DNA of 64,000 bases. It comes from Hydrolagus colliei (taxonomy: Eukaryota). A program made the translations under genes and the position numbers. Below, in pieces: positions 24,520 to 37,800 of the stretch; position 1 is the stretch's first letter, and every line of letters begins with the position of its first letter. The notes below the pieces were generated by a model. That model was not told where the DNA came from and did no database searches. It saw nothing but the letters and a program-made list of their open reading frames with translations. The stretch is taken from contig CM068748.1 in the NCBI GenBank assembly GCA_035084275.1, positions 10,230,001-10,294,000 on the forward strand, written 5' to 3'.

Positions 24520-25000
24520 CACGTGGGCAACTCTGACCCGCACTCGTGCGCAATCGCCGGCGGGTCACGTGACTTTTTAAACGTCTGGGTTGACAAGATG
24601 GCGGACGTGGAGAAAAGCTCGAGAAGCGGCGAAGGCGACGGTGTAAAAGGAGACGAGCCGTTCACCAAGAGAGCGCGTCTGGGGGGACAAGAGGTCGCCA
24701 ATGTGGCGGAGAGCCGACCGGGGGAGCGGGAAGAGGAGGGAGAGGGAGCGAGCGGCTGGGAGAGCGCCTCCTGTGCCGAGGGCTCCTCGGAGGGCGGGGT
24801 GGGGGGAAGGAGGAGGAGGAGGAAAGCGGCGGACGGTGGTCTCGGGCTGGGGCCGCCGCCGCCGCACAACAACAAAGAGCCGCACAGCGAGGGCCTGGCC
24901 GAGTCGGGGCAGCAGAGCAGGCCTTCAGCTGGAGAAGGTAGGGTAACTGTGTGCCGGGGCCGCGAACAGGCGACCGGTTAGAGCGAAGGTAGCCGACAAA
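24520..25000 (+). promoter_or_regulatory. SIRT1 CpG island/promoter with E-box GTCACGTGAC (24564-24573) and YY1-like AAGATGGCGG over the start codon
   Basis: CpG-rich segment; motifs read directly. Confidence 0.7.
24598..24937 (+). CDS. SIRT1: SIRT1 exon 1
   Basis: [15 protein letters not shown]..; donor G|gtaggg. Confidence 0.88.
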
Positions 25001-28000
25001 TCCACCCCCCCCCCCACTCCCCCAAATAAAATTGGACACTGATTCAATGGCTGTTGTGGGACATTGCTATGCGCAGACTGGCTGCCCAGTGTCGCTCACC
25101 CAAGTGCAGTCAACCCATTTCATGGTATATTCTGCCCAAGCCTTTTGAGATGTTTTGATGATGGGATAAGGCGCTATATTATCAAATGCAAAAATGATTT
25201 GGTTTGGTCTGTGCCTGCAATTGCGGGAAAGCCACTGACAGAGTTAACAGGTTTCTGCGGATGAGCACTTCACCAGTTGCCAAACTAGAACGATTTCAAC
25301 TGGGCTGAATGCGCTTCTTATTCCCAGGAAATCGACAAACAACCGGGTTCCTACGTACTGCTAGATAAACTGAAGGATGTGGAATAAGGAAACATGCCTC
25401 ACGCTTCGTCCTGCCCGGAATTGAATCCAGGTCTCTCGCTTGCGAGGCGAGTGCTCTAACCATAGAGCTAAGTGTGTGTGTGTTGGGGGCTGAATAAACT
25501 GATAAAATAAATATATCCTGTTTTGCATTTGTGAATAAGAGTGTGCAGAAGAGTCAATTGAACATGTTGACTTGTGTATTCACTCTGAATTTGATAATGT
25601 GCTACTTTTAATTATCTATTTGTCGTCATCAGGTAAGAACGAATTGGAAAAACAAGATTGATTGTAAATCCATGTTGTACTTTTTTTTAAAAAAAGTTCT
25701 CGATTAAGTGTCAGATCTTAAAATCAAAATGTGTCTTGTTGATTAGCTTTCAGCTATGTTAATACAGAATGAAACACCTTAGAATTGACAAAATGGTTTG
25801 TGCTTTAAAATGTAGAAATCATGTAAAAAAAATTAGTGTAGATATCTACTTCAGAGATTGTAGTTATGAACCCTGATTATGACTTTAAAAACGGTTCCAC
25901 ATTTGCCAGTACTTACAGCACTGAAATTTAGCTTCTAATAACACTGAGACATGCCTGATATTGACTCTTTGTATCATCACTAAAATTTCATTTCTTTAAT
26001 ATTATCACTCTTGAAACGTGTTGTTTCAAAGTTCAGACAATTTCAAATAATTAATGTGGATTTTAGATACAAGTCTAAATATTTGTTTAGTTTAAACTAA
26101 ACCATACTTATGTCTTAACTAATGATGCTGAATATTTAGTGGTACGTAATTGGAATTGTGGTAGGACACACCCAAGTGAAACTTTTAAAGACTTTTCTGA
26201 ATTCTCATTAAGAACCTGGTGGTTCACAAAAGCTAATAACATTTGGGAAAACTGACATGTAATATGTGAGCAGGCTTACAATGGTCACTTCTTTACTTAG
26301 GTTGTATGTGCCTGTCTCCCAGTGGATCGACCTCAAGATTTTCACTCACCTACAAATCGCTTCACACCTCTCACCTTCTCCAACTTCAGTCTGCTTGGCA
26401 AACTTAGGGTTGCTGTGCATAACTCCCCCTCTTCACTACAACACTGTCTTCTGGAACAATCTCCCTCAACCTTACTTCTTACCTTTTACTCCTTATTCTT
26501 ACTCCTTTATTAATGTTCAGTAGCCACTTAAAACCTTGACTCTTTGACTGTGCCTACAGTCACCTTTCCCACTTTCCCTGGTTGGTATCCGGCACCATCT
26601 CAGTAAAAGGCTCCGAATTGGTCTTCGTGGAGGACACTTTTATAAATGCAAGTTTTTGTAGCAATCTTCCTGATGGGTGTGGATTGGGTTAAATACAGTT
26701 AAGTCTTGGCCATATCAGTTCAAACTACAAACTTGGGGCATCTTCTCTAATTGCAAAAGTATGCTTTATCCTCAATTAGCCTTATGCCCTCTGAATTCAA
26801 TTGCCAATTAGGTTCCATTGATTTATTTTTGAATTGTAGATGTTAATTAAATAATGTTAATTGGATAGTAGTTCAACCTCTAAATGTTAATTAGAGGCTG
26901 AGCTATCATTGCTGAAATTCACCTCCAGGTACCTGAGAAATTCACATCCAGGTCTCAGAAGTGAGTTAAACATTGCCTTGGGCAGGCCCACTGTACCAAC
27001 ACTACCTCTTAACTTATAAGTTTCCTCATGAGTGGGTGTGCTCAAAGCATTTTACACACCACCATTGCACTGGTGATGTGTCTAGTGCAAAAGCAAAGCT
27101 GTAAAATTATATTTCAATGCTTTTTGGTGATATAGTGGCGCCAGCTGCTTTCCAGCAACAATCCCTTTTTTCTGGTTGTTCAAGAAATTAACTTGTCCAA
27201 CTTGAGAAAAAAGTACCTAGTAAAGGCACTTCAAATAATGTAGTTATAAAAATGGTTGTTCCTTAAAAAAATGCTATTTTACAGAATTGTTGACCTATAT
27301 TTTATAAGGAATACTATTACATTTTTATGATGTGCATTGTATTTTTGCTTCAGGAGACAGTTTACTTCTGGGAAATACAGTAAGCAGTGCTACTGATGAA
27401 GAAATCGTTCCAAATGGGATTCACTCATGGGAAAGTGATGAGGAAGACAAAGCTTCTCATGCAAGCTCCAGTGACTGGGCTCCATGTCCCAAGATAGGTA
27501 CAGGTTAATACAAATTAATATTGTGATTATTTCAATTGAGATATTAAAATTCAATGTTTGTATGGCCTCCACACAAATTCTAATTGGAAGGCAATCTAGT
27601 TCTAGTCTGTGGCATTCATACTGTGAAGTCACAACAGTGAGTAAGTTTATTGTCATGTTTATTTTTTTCCCTTTCCCTCTCAGTCAAATTGCTACTGTCA
27701 CTCAGCAATTCACTGAAGTGTCTGCCTACATTTTATGCACATATGCATGCAGGGTGAACTTTAACTTTTTGCGTTTGCAATCCACTTATTGTAGATTTAG
27801 ATATAATTTCTTGTTTCTATTCAGAAATGTCATTTTTTTGAGTATTATACTCTGAATATTTTTGTGTTTAGATCTGTATTTCTAGATTACTGATTATCAG
27901 CCCTCTTCATTAGCCACTGACTTCAAGGTAGTTTCACATCCAGTGTAAATTTATGATTTGAATTCAAATTGCCATTATTAATAATTCTTTGAGTTAATCA

Positions 28001-31000
28001 ATGGTGACGTAATAGTCTTATAGTAACTCCTAGTATTGAAGGTCCTAAAGTCCTGTAATTTTTTTATGAAAAAATTGTCCTAACTTGATTCAATCTTCAT
28101 TTAAACCAGCACATTTTCAAAATTTAAAACTTAACAATTTGTTAAAACGTAACAATTTTTCCCTAATCATCCAGTCACTCTTCTCTAATCATCTAGGTCC
28201 TTACAGTTTTGTTCAGCAGCATCTTATGCTTGGCACGGATCCACGGTCTATCTTGAAGGATCTGTTGCGAGGGAACAGTGCTCCACCAGACCTTGATGAT
28301 ATGACCCTATGGCAGATTGTTCTTAATATTTTGTCGGAGCCACCAAAACGGAAGAAGCGGAAAGATGTCAATACAATAGAAGATGTTGTGAAGATGTTGA
28401 GAGAGAGCAAGAAAATCATGGTCCTGACTGGAGCTGGGGTTTGTAAAATAAATAAGTAATATATATAAATAAATCCTTTGTCCAAATCCTTGACTGTTCA
28501 GTGCTTTGGGACATCCTCCTAGCATGAATGGTGTTATACAAATGTAATATTGTATTATTAAAATGAATGTGTTTAATAATCATGTTGAATAAGTCAATGC
28601 AGTAAGCATTCTTAAATATTTAGAACAATGATTCAGGAATAGGAGTGTGTTCTTATTTATTAACAAACAGAGGCTGTAATTTAATAAACTATATGATTAT
28701 CTTTGTGGAAGTAAAATGAGCAATACGACCAGTATTTTTTTCTTCCTCACGACTAATTTATTTTCATATTTAATTTGGTAGGTTTCTGTTTCATGTGGAA
28801 TACCAGACTTCAGATCAAGAGATGGAATTTATGCACGGCTTGCAGTAGATTTTCCAGACCTTCCAGATCCTCATGCCATGTTTGACATTGAATATTTCAG
28901 AAAAGATCCTAGGCCATTTTTTAAGTTTGCAAAGGTTTGTATCATTTTGATGTGGGAATTAATTTTGTGTATATGTGCTCCCCATGGAGATGAACAGGCT
29001 CTAGGATGGCATATTTGACAACGGAATGTCAGACCCAGCCCACCCTTTATGGCAGTCTCAGTAGCCCAGTTCCTGAGCTAGGTCGGTCCACAGCACTCCA
29101 GGGCACTGATGATGACAACACAATTAGCCTGGCTCATCAGCAGGTCTTGGTGGGACTCTTCAGTTCCCTGCAAGCCAAACACTAACAGGTAGGATAGTCC
29201 TAGCTGTCAAACTTTGGGAATACTTGCTTGTTAGGGCTCTCAATAGAGTTTTAGTTGGCTCGACTCCCATCAGTACCCAAATTTGCACTCTTAAAGTCCT
29301 CAACCCATGGCTCCTGCCAACCTATGTGTAATACTTACTAGAATTAGGTAAGCAGGATGCGACCCTCCAGAAAGTGTGTGTATTCCATTCAAATAAACAT
29401 ATCTGAAATTTCAATTTATAGATGGGCTATATGGATCTCTGGTTTGAACTCTCTTAAGCACGGTGATGTCTTAAGCACGGTCCATGTGTCAGATACCCAG
29501 CTGAACCAAAACAAAGGTTTAGAGCAAGAATATAGTAGCTTCCTTACAGGCTTGAATAAGTTTTCATATTTAATGTAAACTGAATTAGCTTGCTTCCTTT
29601 GAGGTATATTTTGCAACAAAAACCAAAATATTAACTTTGTGTTGAAAAACAAAAATGTTTAAAAGGTGGGTGTTTTGTATTGGATATACAACAACAAAAT
29701 TACATTGATAGAGCTCCTTTCATGTCTGGAGGACTTCCTAATTGCTGAATGTCTTCCTTATCTTCTCTCTATGTGATGTCATCCGCAGACATGGGATATA
29801 CAAACCTAACCCTCAAATTGTTCACCAAATGTCAGTTTGTTTTATAAGTAACAGATTGTGCTTTGCAATGGATTGCTTTCTTGATATTTGACGTATTTCT
29901 ATATGTTTTCATTATTTAGGAGATTTACCCTGGCCAGTTCCAGCCATCTCTATGCCACAGGTTCATAGCTTTGCTGGATAAACAACAGAGGTTGCTTCGG
30001 AATTATACTCAAAACATAGATACCCTGGAACAAGTTACTGGTATCCACCGTATTGTTGAGTGTCATGGTTAGTCAAGCATAGGTTTCTGAATCAGTATTT
30101 AAAAAGCTGAATGATTGTCCCCTACTTCTGAATCAAGTCACATGGTCGTAGACTAAAACAAATAAAAATGCATGTGGGAAGAATAAAATGCTTCAGGAAA
30201 ACATTGCTGAATTTCCTTAAATTAAGAGCGTTTGTTCAACTCTGGCTAATTATGGTGCAGTCATGGTTATTTTATAACATGAGCCATTATACCGTGAAGC
30301 TTGATTTTATGGATTCAAACCTCTGTGTTGTAGTAGAGACTGACTGGATGTGCTTATATCTACAATGGATTCACTTTAAAATATCCCAGGATTACTACCC
30401 ATTTCTACATAAGCAGAATTTATTAAGGACAACTAGTCATACATAACGATTATTAGCACTTTGTTTTTTTAATGTAAAATGTTTCATAAGCAAAACATAA
30501 ACTGTTACATAAACCACTTTCTGACTTTTTCTAGGCTCGTTTGCAATGGCTTCTTGCCTGGCCTGCAAATATAAAGTTGATTGTGAAGCAATAAGAAAAG
30601 ATGTCTTCAATCAGGTAAGTATTGATGGTGCTTTTGATCTCCAACATATGGAATTGTGGAACAAGAAAACACCATCCTATCAACCTAATTACAGACCATG
30701 TCCAATCGACTCTTAGAGTCCACCCTATCTATTTAATATCTTGAGGGAAATTTTTATGTGAATGCACTCTGAACTCCAAAGGTAATGAAGCAAAACTTCA
30801 GAAAATGCAACAATCACTGCATTTACACAATTCAGCCTTGATCTGTTGGCCATTGCCAGTTTTGCAGGTGTTATCTTTCACACCGTCTCCACTTTGTATC
30901 TGCCAATGGCTTTTCCTCTAGCCCCCACACCGTCTCTTGCAGCATTCCTCAGTGTTCTGTCCTTGGTCTGCTCTTCTTACCCTCTACATGCTCCCCCTTG

Positions 31001-34000
31001 GTGACATCATTTGCGGACATGGGGCAAATTTCCACATGTACACGGATAACACCCAACTCCATCTTTGCCTCCACCCTCACCTCCAGGACTACCGGCGTCC
31101 TGACTGCCTGCCTCCCTATCTGACATCGAGTCCTGTATTAGGGTTAACTTTCTTCAGCTAAATGTTTGCAAGACTGAGACACTCCTGATTGGCTTAAGTC
31201 TGCACCTCTTCACCTCAAGTACTAGGAGCATCAGCATCCAAGGCTGCACACTCCATCTCATGAAACAAGTTAGGAACCTGGGTGTCTTGGGCACTCCTCT
31301 CCGCCCCCGCTCTCTGGAACTCCATCCCACAGCCCCTTTACCTCACTTCCTCCCTTTCCTCCTTCAAGGCTGGTCTCAAGACCCTCCTTTTTGATTGTGC
31401 CTTCTGCCGCCCTCCCACATCTCTCCTGCCTCCCTCCTCTGCCAGGGGAGGGATTGTTTAGTGCCTTGGGACGTCCTCCCGATGTGAAGGGTGCTCTTTA
31501 AATGTAATTTTGTAACAAAATTACATTTATAGAGCACCCTTCACATCGGGAGTTGTCCAAGATAAAGCTGGTTAACAGACAGAAAACAGAGAATAGGGAT
31601 AAACAGGTCCTTCTCAGATTGGCAGGATGTGACTAGTGGAGTGCCACAAGGATCAGTACTTTGGCCTCAACTGTTTACAGTCTACATCAATGATTTAGAT
31701 GAGGAAATAGAGCTTCATGTATCTAAATTTGCGAACGATACAAAGCTACGTGGGAAAGTAAGTTGTAAGGATGACACAAGGAGAATGTAAAGAGATATTG
31801 ACGGGTTAAGTGAGTGGCCAAGAAGGTGACGGATTAAGTATAATGTGGGGAAGTGTGAAGTTATTCACACAGCGCCTTGACAGGGTAGATGGTGTGACAC
31901 TGGAAACTAGATTAAAGGTCAGTCTTTTAGAACTGAGTTGAGAAAACATTTCTTAACTCAGAGAGTAGTGAATTTATGGAATTCTCTATCCCAGAAGGCT
32001 GCTCAGCCATTGAACATGTTCAAGACTGAGATCAATAATTTTTTTTGTAAAAAAAAGCTAAAAGGATTAAGGGATATGGGATAGGACGGTTGAATGGAAT
32101 TAGGATGGAAGATCAGCCATGATTTTATTAAATGGTGGGGCAGGCTCAAGGGGCTGAATGTATTGAGTTATAAAGTGTTTTATAAACAGATTAATGGGAA
32201 ATTGATTTGAACAATTTAGCATTTCTCTACCCTAGGTGGTTCCTCAGTGCCCCAGGTGTCCTCCCGATGTTCCCCTTGCTATTATGAAACCAGATATTGT
32301 GTTTTTTGGAGAAAATTTGCCAGAGCTGTTCCACAGAAGTATGAAGTATGATAAAGATGAGGTGGATCTGCTGATTGTGATTGGATCCTCATTAAAAGTG
32401 CGGCCAGTGGCACTTATACCAAGTAAGAAACGCGGACGCTTATGTAAACTTTCTCCCGGACGTCCTCCTGACGTGAAAAGCATTCTATAAATGTAATGTT
32501 GTTGTTGTTAACTTGAAGATTCAGTTGCCTTACTTGTTACTTGTACTGCTGTGTGGCTACAATGATCCATGGAATCAGTTTTATCAGATTAAGTATGGAA
32601 TGTTCCAAAGGTGAACTTCTCTAAAAGTGATGAGAGCTAACAATTGATCTTCAATTAGCAGTAGGAACTGAAATGAAGACTTAGCAGTTTATTTGCCTAT
32701 TAACACTTGGGGGGAATCTGGTTTATACCAATTTTTAATGTGTATGGAGTTGAAAACCAAATTCTATATTTAGTTACATTGTTAATAGCTGTAATTTGTG
32801 GCATGAAACTGCAGAAGCATAACTGTAAATTTTGTTTGTAGTTATAGCTACAGAAATTATATTTAATTAATTAATTTGATTCTTTCATATAGGTTCCATA
32901 CCCCATGATGTGCCTCAGGTGCTGATCAATAGGGAGCCGTTAAGTCACCTTAACTTTGATGTGGAACTTCTTGGAGATTGTGATGTTATTATCAATGAGT
33001 TATGTCATCGATTGAGTGGAGAGTTTGAAGAACTTTGTTGCAACCCAATCAAACTTACAGAAATTACAGAAAAACCTGTACGATGGCAAAAAGAACTGAA
33101 ATGCCAGTCATTTCGAATGTGTCCCACACCACCTATTTTAACAGAGGATTCCAGTTCATGTGAGCAAGAAATCCAGTCTTCAAAATCTGCAAACTCAACA
33201 TCTAAAAGTTATGAACAAGTGACAGAATCTGCTGAAAGCTGTATGAAGGAAAATAAAGAGGAATCTGGGGTAGAAACACTTTCTAGCGAGAAAGAAATAG
33301 AAAGCACTGTTTCCTTTCCAGAGAGCTCTGGAAATTGTACCCAGGAGTTTCAGATCACCAAACCTACTGAAGAAAGTTCCTCAAACCTTGCACCAACAGA
33401 TACCAAACATGTTAATCAGGAAATCCTAAATAAAGGTTGCATCAGCAAAAATGCAAAAGAGCAAATCAGCAAGCGATTGGGTGGTAAGTCCTGCTCTTAT
33501 CTCCTATCTTGTTTTTATACCTATATTCTTAAATTATGTTCAGATCTAAACCTTCTCCAGATCTACAGAACAATTGTTTCATATTTCCTGCTCCAATATA
33601 GAGTAACTTGAAATAGCTTATCTACCTTATTGTTCCAGATCGCTTCTCAATACTATCAATATAACTTCCACTGGTCACCATCTTACCTCATAGCTTACTA
33701 ACTTAGTGGCATCAGATAAATTATGAATTCATCTATTATGATTCATAAATAATTTGAACATGTGATGCAAAAATCGGTGCTGATGACACTCCACTGGTTG
33801 TTGCTCCCTTGATTTCGTAACTAGAGAAGTTCTGTTTTTGACTGACTGGATAAAATAAATCAACAAAATGGAATTCTTACACCCAGTTAATGTCTGGTTC
33901 ACCACTATTATAAATGTTGCTGCAAGTATTAAACTAATTGTGTAATGTGTATTTCATACTTAATACAGAATAATCTTGTATGATTCTCAATTTTTAGATT

Positions 34001-34335
34001 TGCAGTACTTATTCTTGGCACCAAACCGCTACATTTTTCATGGTGCTGAAGTCTACTCTGACTCAGAAGGAGATGAGGGATCATCATCTGGTAACAGTGT
34101 TAGTAATAGTGATAATGAGTCCAGCAGCAGCAAGAGTGTCTGTGATGTGGTGGAAGAGGAGAGTGATGTTGAAGATTTTTATAATCGAATAGAGGATGAA
34201 ATTGAAACTCCTTATTCAGCAGATGGAGTATACTTTGGGGATGAAAGTGAACATTTTGAAAATGCAGATGAGCTGAATGAATCCGTTGAAAACCATGTGC
34301 AAAGTGAATTGGGAGATGCAAATTTATTGGAGTAA
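24598..34335 (+). CDS. SIRT1: NAD-dependent deacetylase sirtuin-1, 9 exons, ~740 aa
   Basis: Exons of 340/144/242/153/148/80/187/591/338 nt, all phases match. Motifs [23 protein letters not shown], Zn CxxC pairs, C-terminal ESA ([16 protein letters not shown]). Confidence 0.98.
27354..27497 (+). CDS. SIRT1: SIRT1 exon 2
   Basis: ..[28 protein letters not shown]. Confidence 0.93.
28197..28438 (+). CDS. SIRT1: SIRT1 exon 3
   Basis: [33 protein letters not shown]. Confidence 0.97.
28782..28934 (+). CDS. SIRT1: SIRT1 exon 4
   Basis: [27 protein letters not shown]. Confidence 0.97.
29920..30067 (+). CDS. SIRT1: SIRT1 exon 5
   Basis: [26 protein letters not shown]. Confidence 0.97.
30535..30614 (+). 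CDS. SIRT1: SIRT1 exon 6
   Basis: [27 protein letters not shown]. Confidence 0.97.
30880..31513 (+). mobile_element. L2 LINE fragment (internally deleted)
   Basis: [20 protein letters not shown], followed by the 3' tail. Confidence 0.88.
31476..31552. repeat. Near-perfect palindrome (38-bp arms, 1-nt spacer)
   Basis: CTCCCGATGTGAAGGGTGCTCTTTAAATGTAATTTTGT-A-ACAAAATTACATTTATAGAGCACCCTTCACATCGGGAG; 1 mismatch. Confidence 0.95.
31561..32160 (+). mobile_element. CR1-clade LINE fragment
   Basis: [28 protein letters not shown], then CR1 3' region (agagagtagtgaatttatggaattctct). Confidence 0.88.
32236..32422 (+). CDS. SIRT1: SIRT1 exon 7
   Basis: [34 protein letters not shown]. Confidence 0.97.
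32893..33483 (+). CDS. SIRT1: SIRT1 exon 8
   Basis: [29 protein letters not shown]. Confidence 0.96.
33998..34335 (+). CDS. SIRT1: SIRT1 exon 9 (coding part)
   Basis: [23 protein letters not shown]..; stop TAA. Confidence 0.96.
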
Positions 34336-34506
34336 AAGGGCACAAATGCATGAGATTACAATATTTATGTTAAGATGTTCACCAGCATTAGCCTGCTTTA
34401 GGACACTTTACAGCCGGTAAGCTCTCCTGGATGGAACTGTGGCTTGAGATCATGTAGAATGTCAGTCTGAAACTTCTCCCATTCTATATTGGATACAGTT
34501 TGGTAC

Positions 34507-34815
34507 TAGGGGTTGCAATCCCGATCACGTATACTCATGGTGCGCCTGGGGTTTTGTTTTATAAATTCTGGGAGGCTGGCCATACCCAGGTGTAAGGGGA
34601 GGGCAAGGCTCCCTGGAAGCCAGCTGCACACTGTTGCCATGGTGTGGCCCCTGCCCTCACAAGGACAAGCTCATGAGCAGATGGGCAGGTCTTACAACCT
34701 CCCAAATATCCTTGGGAGATCTGCACATGTCCTGAATGAGGTAAGATTTAGCTTCGTGGGATTTGGGGCATTAAAATCCCAGGATTCAGAACAAGCACCG
34801 GGATTGCAACCACTA
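34507..34815. mobile_element. hAT-type MITE in SIRT1 3' UTR
   Basis: 17-bp TIRs TAG(G/T)GGTTGCAATCCCG (1 mismatch); exact 8-bp TSD TTTGGTAC (34499-34506, 34816-34823). Confidence 0.9.
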
Positions 34816-37800
34816 TTTGGTACAAATGCACTGAAAACACTATGCCATCAACATCAACTTTTTTTTCTTGTACAAAATATTGTCTGCTAATTTCAATAAT
34901 TTTTATAAAAGTTAATCTGCATTGCTTGTATTGGAACTCCTTGGAGATGAGGAAGAATTTCTTTTGCCAAAATGTCTTCATTTTACTTTTTTTCATTTAA
35001 TATTTGAGTTGTACAGCTATTCAAGTGTTTCAGTTATTCAAAAGCTAAAGAATGTGTTGTACATAATTTTTTGTATATGCTTTTGGAAAAGCCATTTAAT
35101 TGCAGAAAGGGATAAAGGGAACAGGTAAAAAGACCAAAGAACATTGGGATGTCTCAATGCTTACCGCAAGAATAGAAGTATCTAAAGTTCTGTTGCAGAT
35201 GTTTTAGGATCTGGCAGTAATTTGATTAACATATTACACATTTTCTGTACGGTTTATATATTCTCACAAACACTGGCTATAATGTTTTCTATGAGACATT
35301 TCTGGCAGCTAATTTAAACATTCAGATTATTATTGTTTCATTCATCTTGGGTTAGCTATTAATAATCAACTAATTGGAGTAGATTAAGAACATTTTACAA
35401 TATATTGCATTTGTAGTTACTTGCTGCCTTATAGAAACTTGTAGATTTTGCTACTGGTGCCAATTCTGCTCAGACCTGATTCTGCATTTGGTACAAACCA
35501 GATTTTTTTTTTTTCTCTCTAACCTTTCCTTCCTGTGGAATTTACCTGTAAAGTCTGTAATGAAGAGATATTTGTTCAACGTTGTAGAATTGAAGCAAGA
35601 GCACACCGAATAAATCATTTTGAGCTGTGAGTGTTCTCGCTAATGTTCCCTTGAGATAATTTGAAATTGAAGACAACACTTTTTTTTAACAAAATCTGTC
35701 TACTGCTATATTGTAACTTACAATGAATAAGCAAACGTTTTACACAACCTTAACTTAATATGCCAAATGTAAATTATGTAATTTTTCATTATGTAAGAGC
35801 CCTTTATAAAATACTATTCTTACATTAGTAAGAATTTGATCCAAAAAATAGCACAGCTTATTCCATTGCATATGTTTTCCTAAGACCTTACAAAAAATCT
35901 GCTTGGATATTCAGAGTACTTTACATTTGATATAAGAATTTGTAAGAATAAAAGTGTCTCTCTGGTATACATTAGAGGTTTGCAAAGGATTTTGCTGTTT
36001 TGTAATCTTTTTACAATTGAATGAAAGACCTAAGGCTTTTAGTTTATTGTTGTGGCAAATGTCTTACACAACACCTCAAATTAAAGATTGTGACCATTCA
36101 CAAGTGGATGTTTGGAATTTGAATAGGATTGTTGTGTTCCCTCCCACATATTGACATTGCTTCAGTTATCATTTTTCTCAAAACATTTTTAACTAAAAAA
36201 AACATTTTTACTACTTTCATCTGCTGTCTTTTGGAATATGCAAGATATTCCCTCTTAATGATGGGGAATGGGAGACGAGTTTGGGATAATGTAATTGTAT
36301 AAAAATTATTTACCAAGATACTGTGCCTGATATTAACATAAGTAATATGTTATATCATAGAAACATAAGAAATTTCTGCATATAACAGTAATTTGAAACC
36401 AGCACAAATATCTTGACAATTTTACTTTTTGTAAAGATTGAGTGGGGGAGTGAGAATGGACTGCGTAATGACAAAGACCTACCGATCTACACCAAAATAG
36501 TTATATATTCAGGATTTGTGTGTAAACTGTTTATGCATATGTGCACTATATTTGTGCACTAAACTCAAAATTGCATCACATGATATATCCAGATCAAGAA
36601 TTGCGTGTGTCCAAATAAGCTTTTTGAGACATTTAGTGTGTGTGTATATTTAAAAAATCCTCAAAATTTGAATATTTCCTTTAATTGCAATTCGTATAGA
36701 ATTTGTCTTTGGAAACAATGTTGTCTGATGTTCGTTAACCTTTCCAAAATGTTAGCTACCTTTGATGTTTTGTGTTGGCATGATCTAATTTGTTGTGAAC
36801 AAAACTTATGATGTATTGAACAGAGGCTACATTTTTTTGAAAAACTTCTTTTCCAGTATAGTGTTAAAATTCTTTGTACATACAGAATCATCTTTCATGT
36901 ATTTCATCTACTTTTTCAGGAAACAGTTTATTAAAAGGCTGTTTTTTTTTCTGTGAACTGTTTTGAGATACAATACAGCAACTTTTTTTATACTTGCAGC
37001 CTATACTAAACTCTTTTAAATGTCATTTAGCCTGTTTTTTAAAAAAAAGATACATTTGACACTTCTATCTATTAAATTTCAAACTTATTTTTTAGAAAAA
37101 GTACTTTCTTAAAAATGAAAAGTACACTGTTAGAATATCTACTGTGATTCATAGGAATGTTTTGTTTTAAATTTAACCTGAGTTATTTTTAAAGCTTGTT
37201 TCTTATAATTCCATGTACCACAATCTTTGTTAACTGTACTCTTTAAGTAAAATGTATTTGAATAGATAATATATTGCAATAAATTGCCATGGCAAATTAT
37301 TTATGTTTTAGGTTTATTGATGCAGTATTTCAAATGAAACGTCTATATCCAATTAAAGTAAAACCACCTTTTATAATTTGATACCGCCCAATCCTTATAC
37401 CAGTTATCCAACATGCAGTGCTGAGAAGGCAGCACTGGACTGGTGATGTTTTCAATTAGGACAAATCAAATTTGTCCTGTCAAATAGGCAGTAATTTAAG
37501 TTTGTCTATCAATATAAACAATTACTAAATACAACTGGATATAATACCGGCAGCAGCAAGGGGAAGAGTGGGAAATCAGCTGTGTTGATTGAGCTTTGAT
37601 TTCCCATCTACACAATGAATGCCATATACTCTTTGGATGGGAGAGTTCTGTGCCCAGGGATGACAGATTTGCCAGGAGCGATGGCTTCAGCAGAAACTCT
37701 CTCCCCAAAGTCTATTGGTGAGGGAGTTGTGTGTACAAGGCTTTCAACGTTAGCTGATCTCAGCCAACACTACACCAGTTTGAAAACCCGCGCTCTCTAT

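Noticed and set aside
24519-25039. Antisense ORFs over SIRT1 exon 1
   Set aside because: Expected shadow ORFs of a GC-rich exon.
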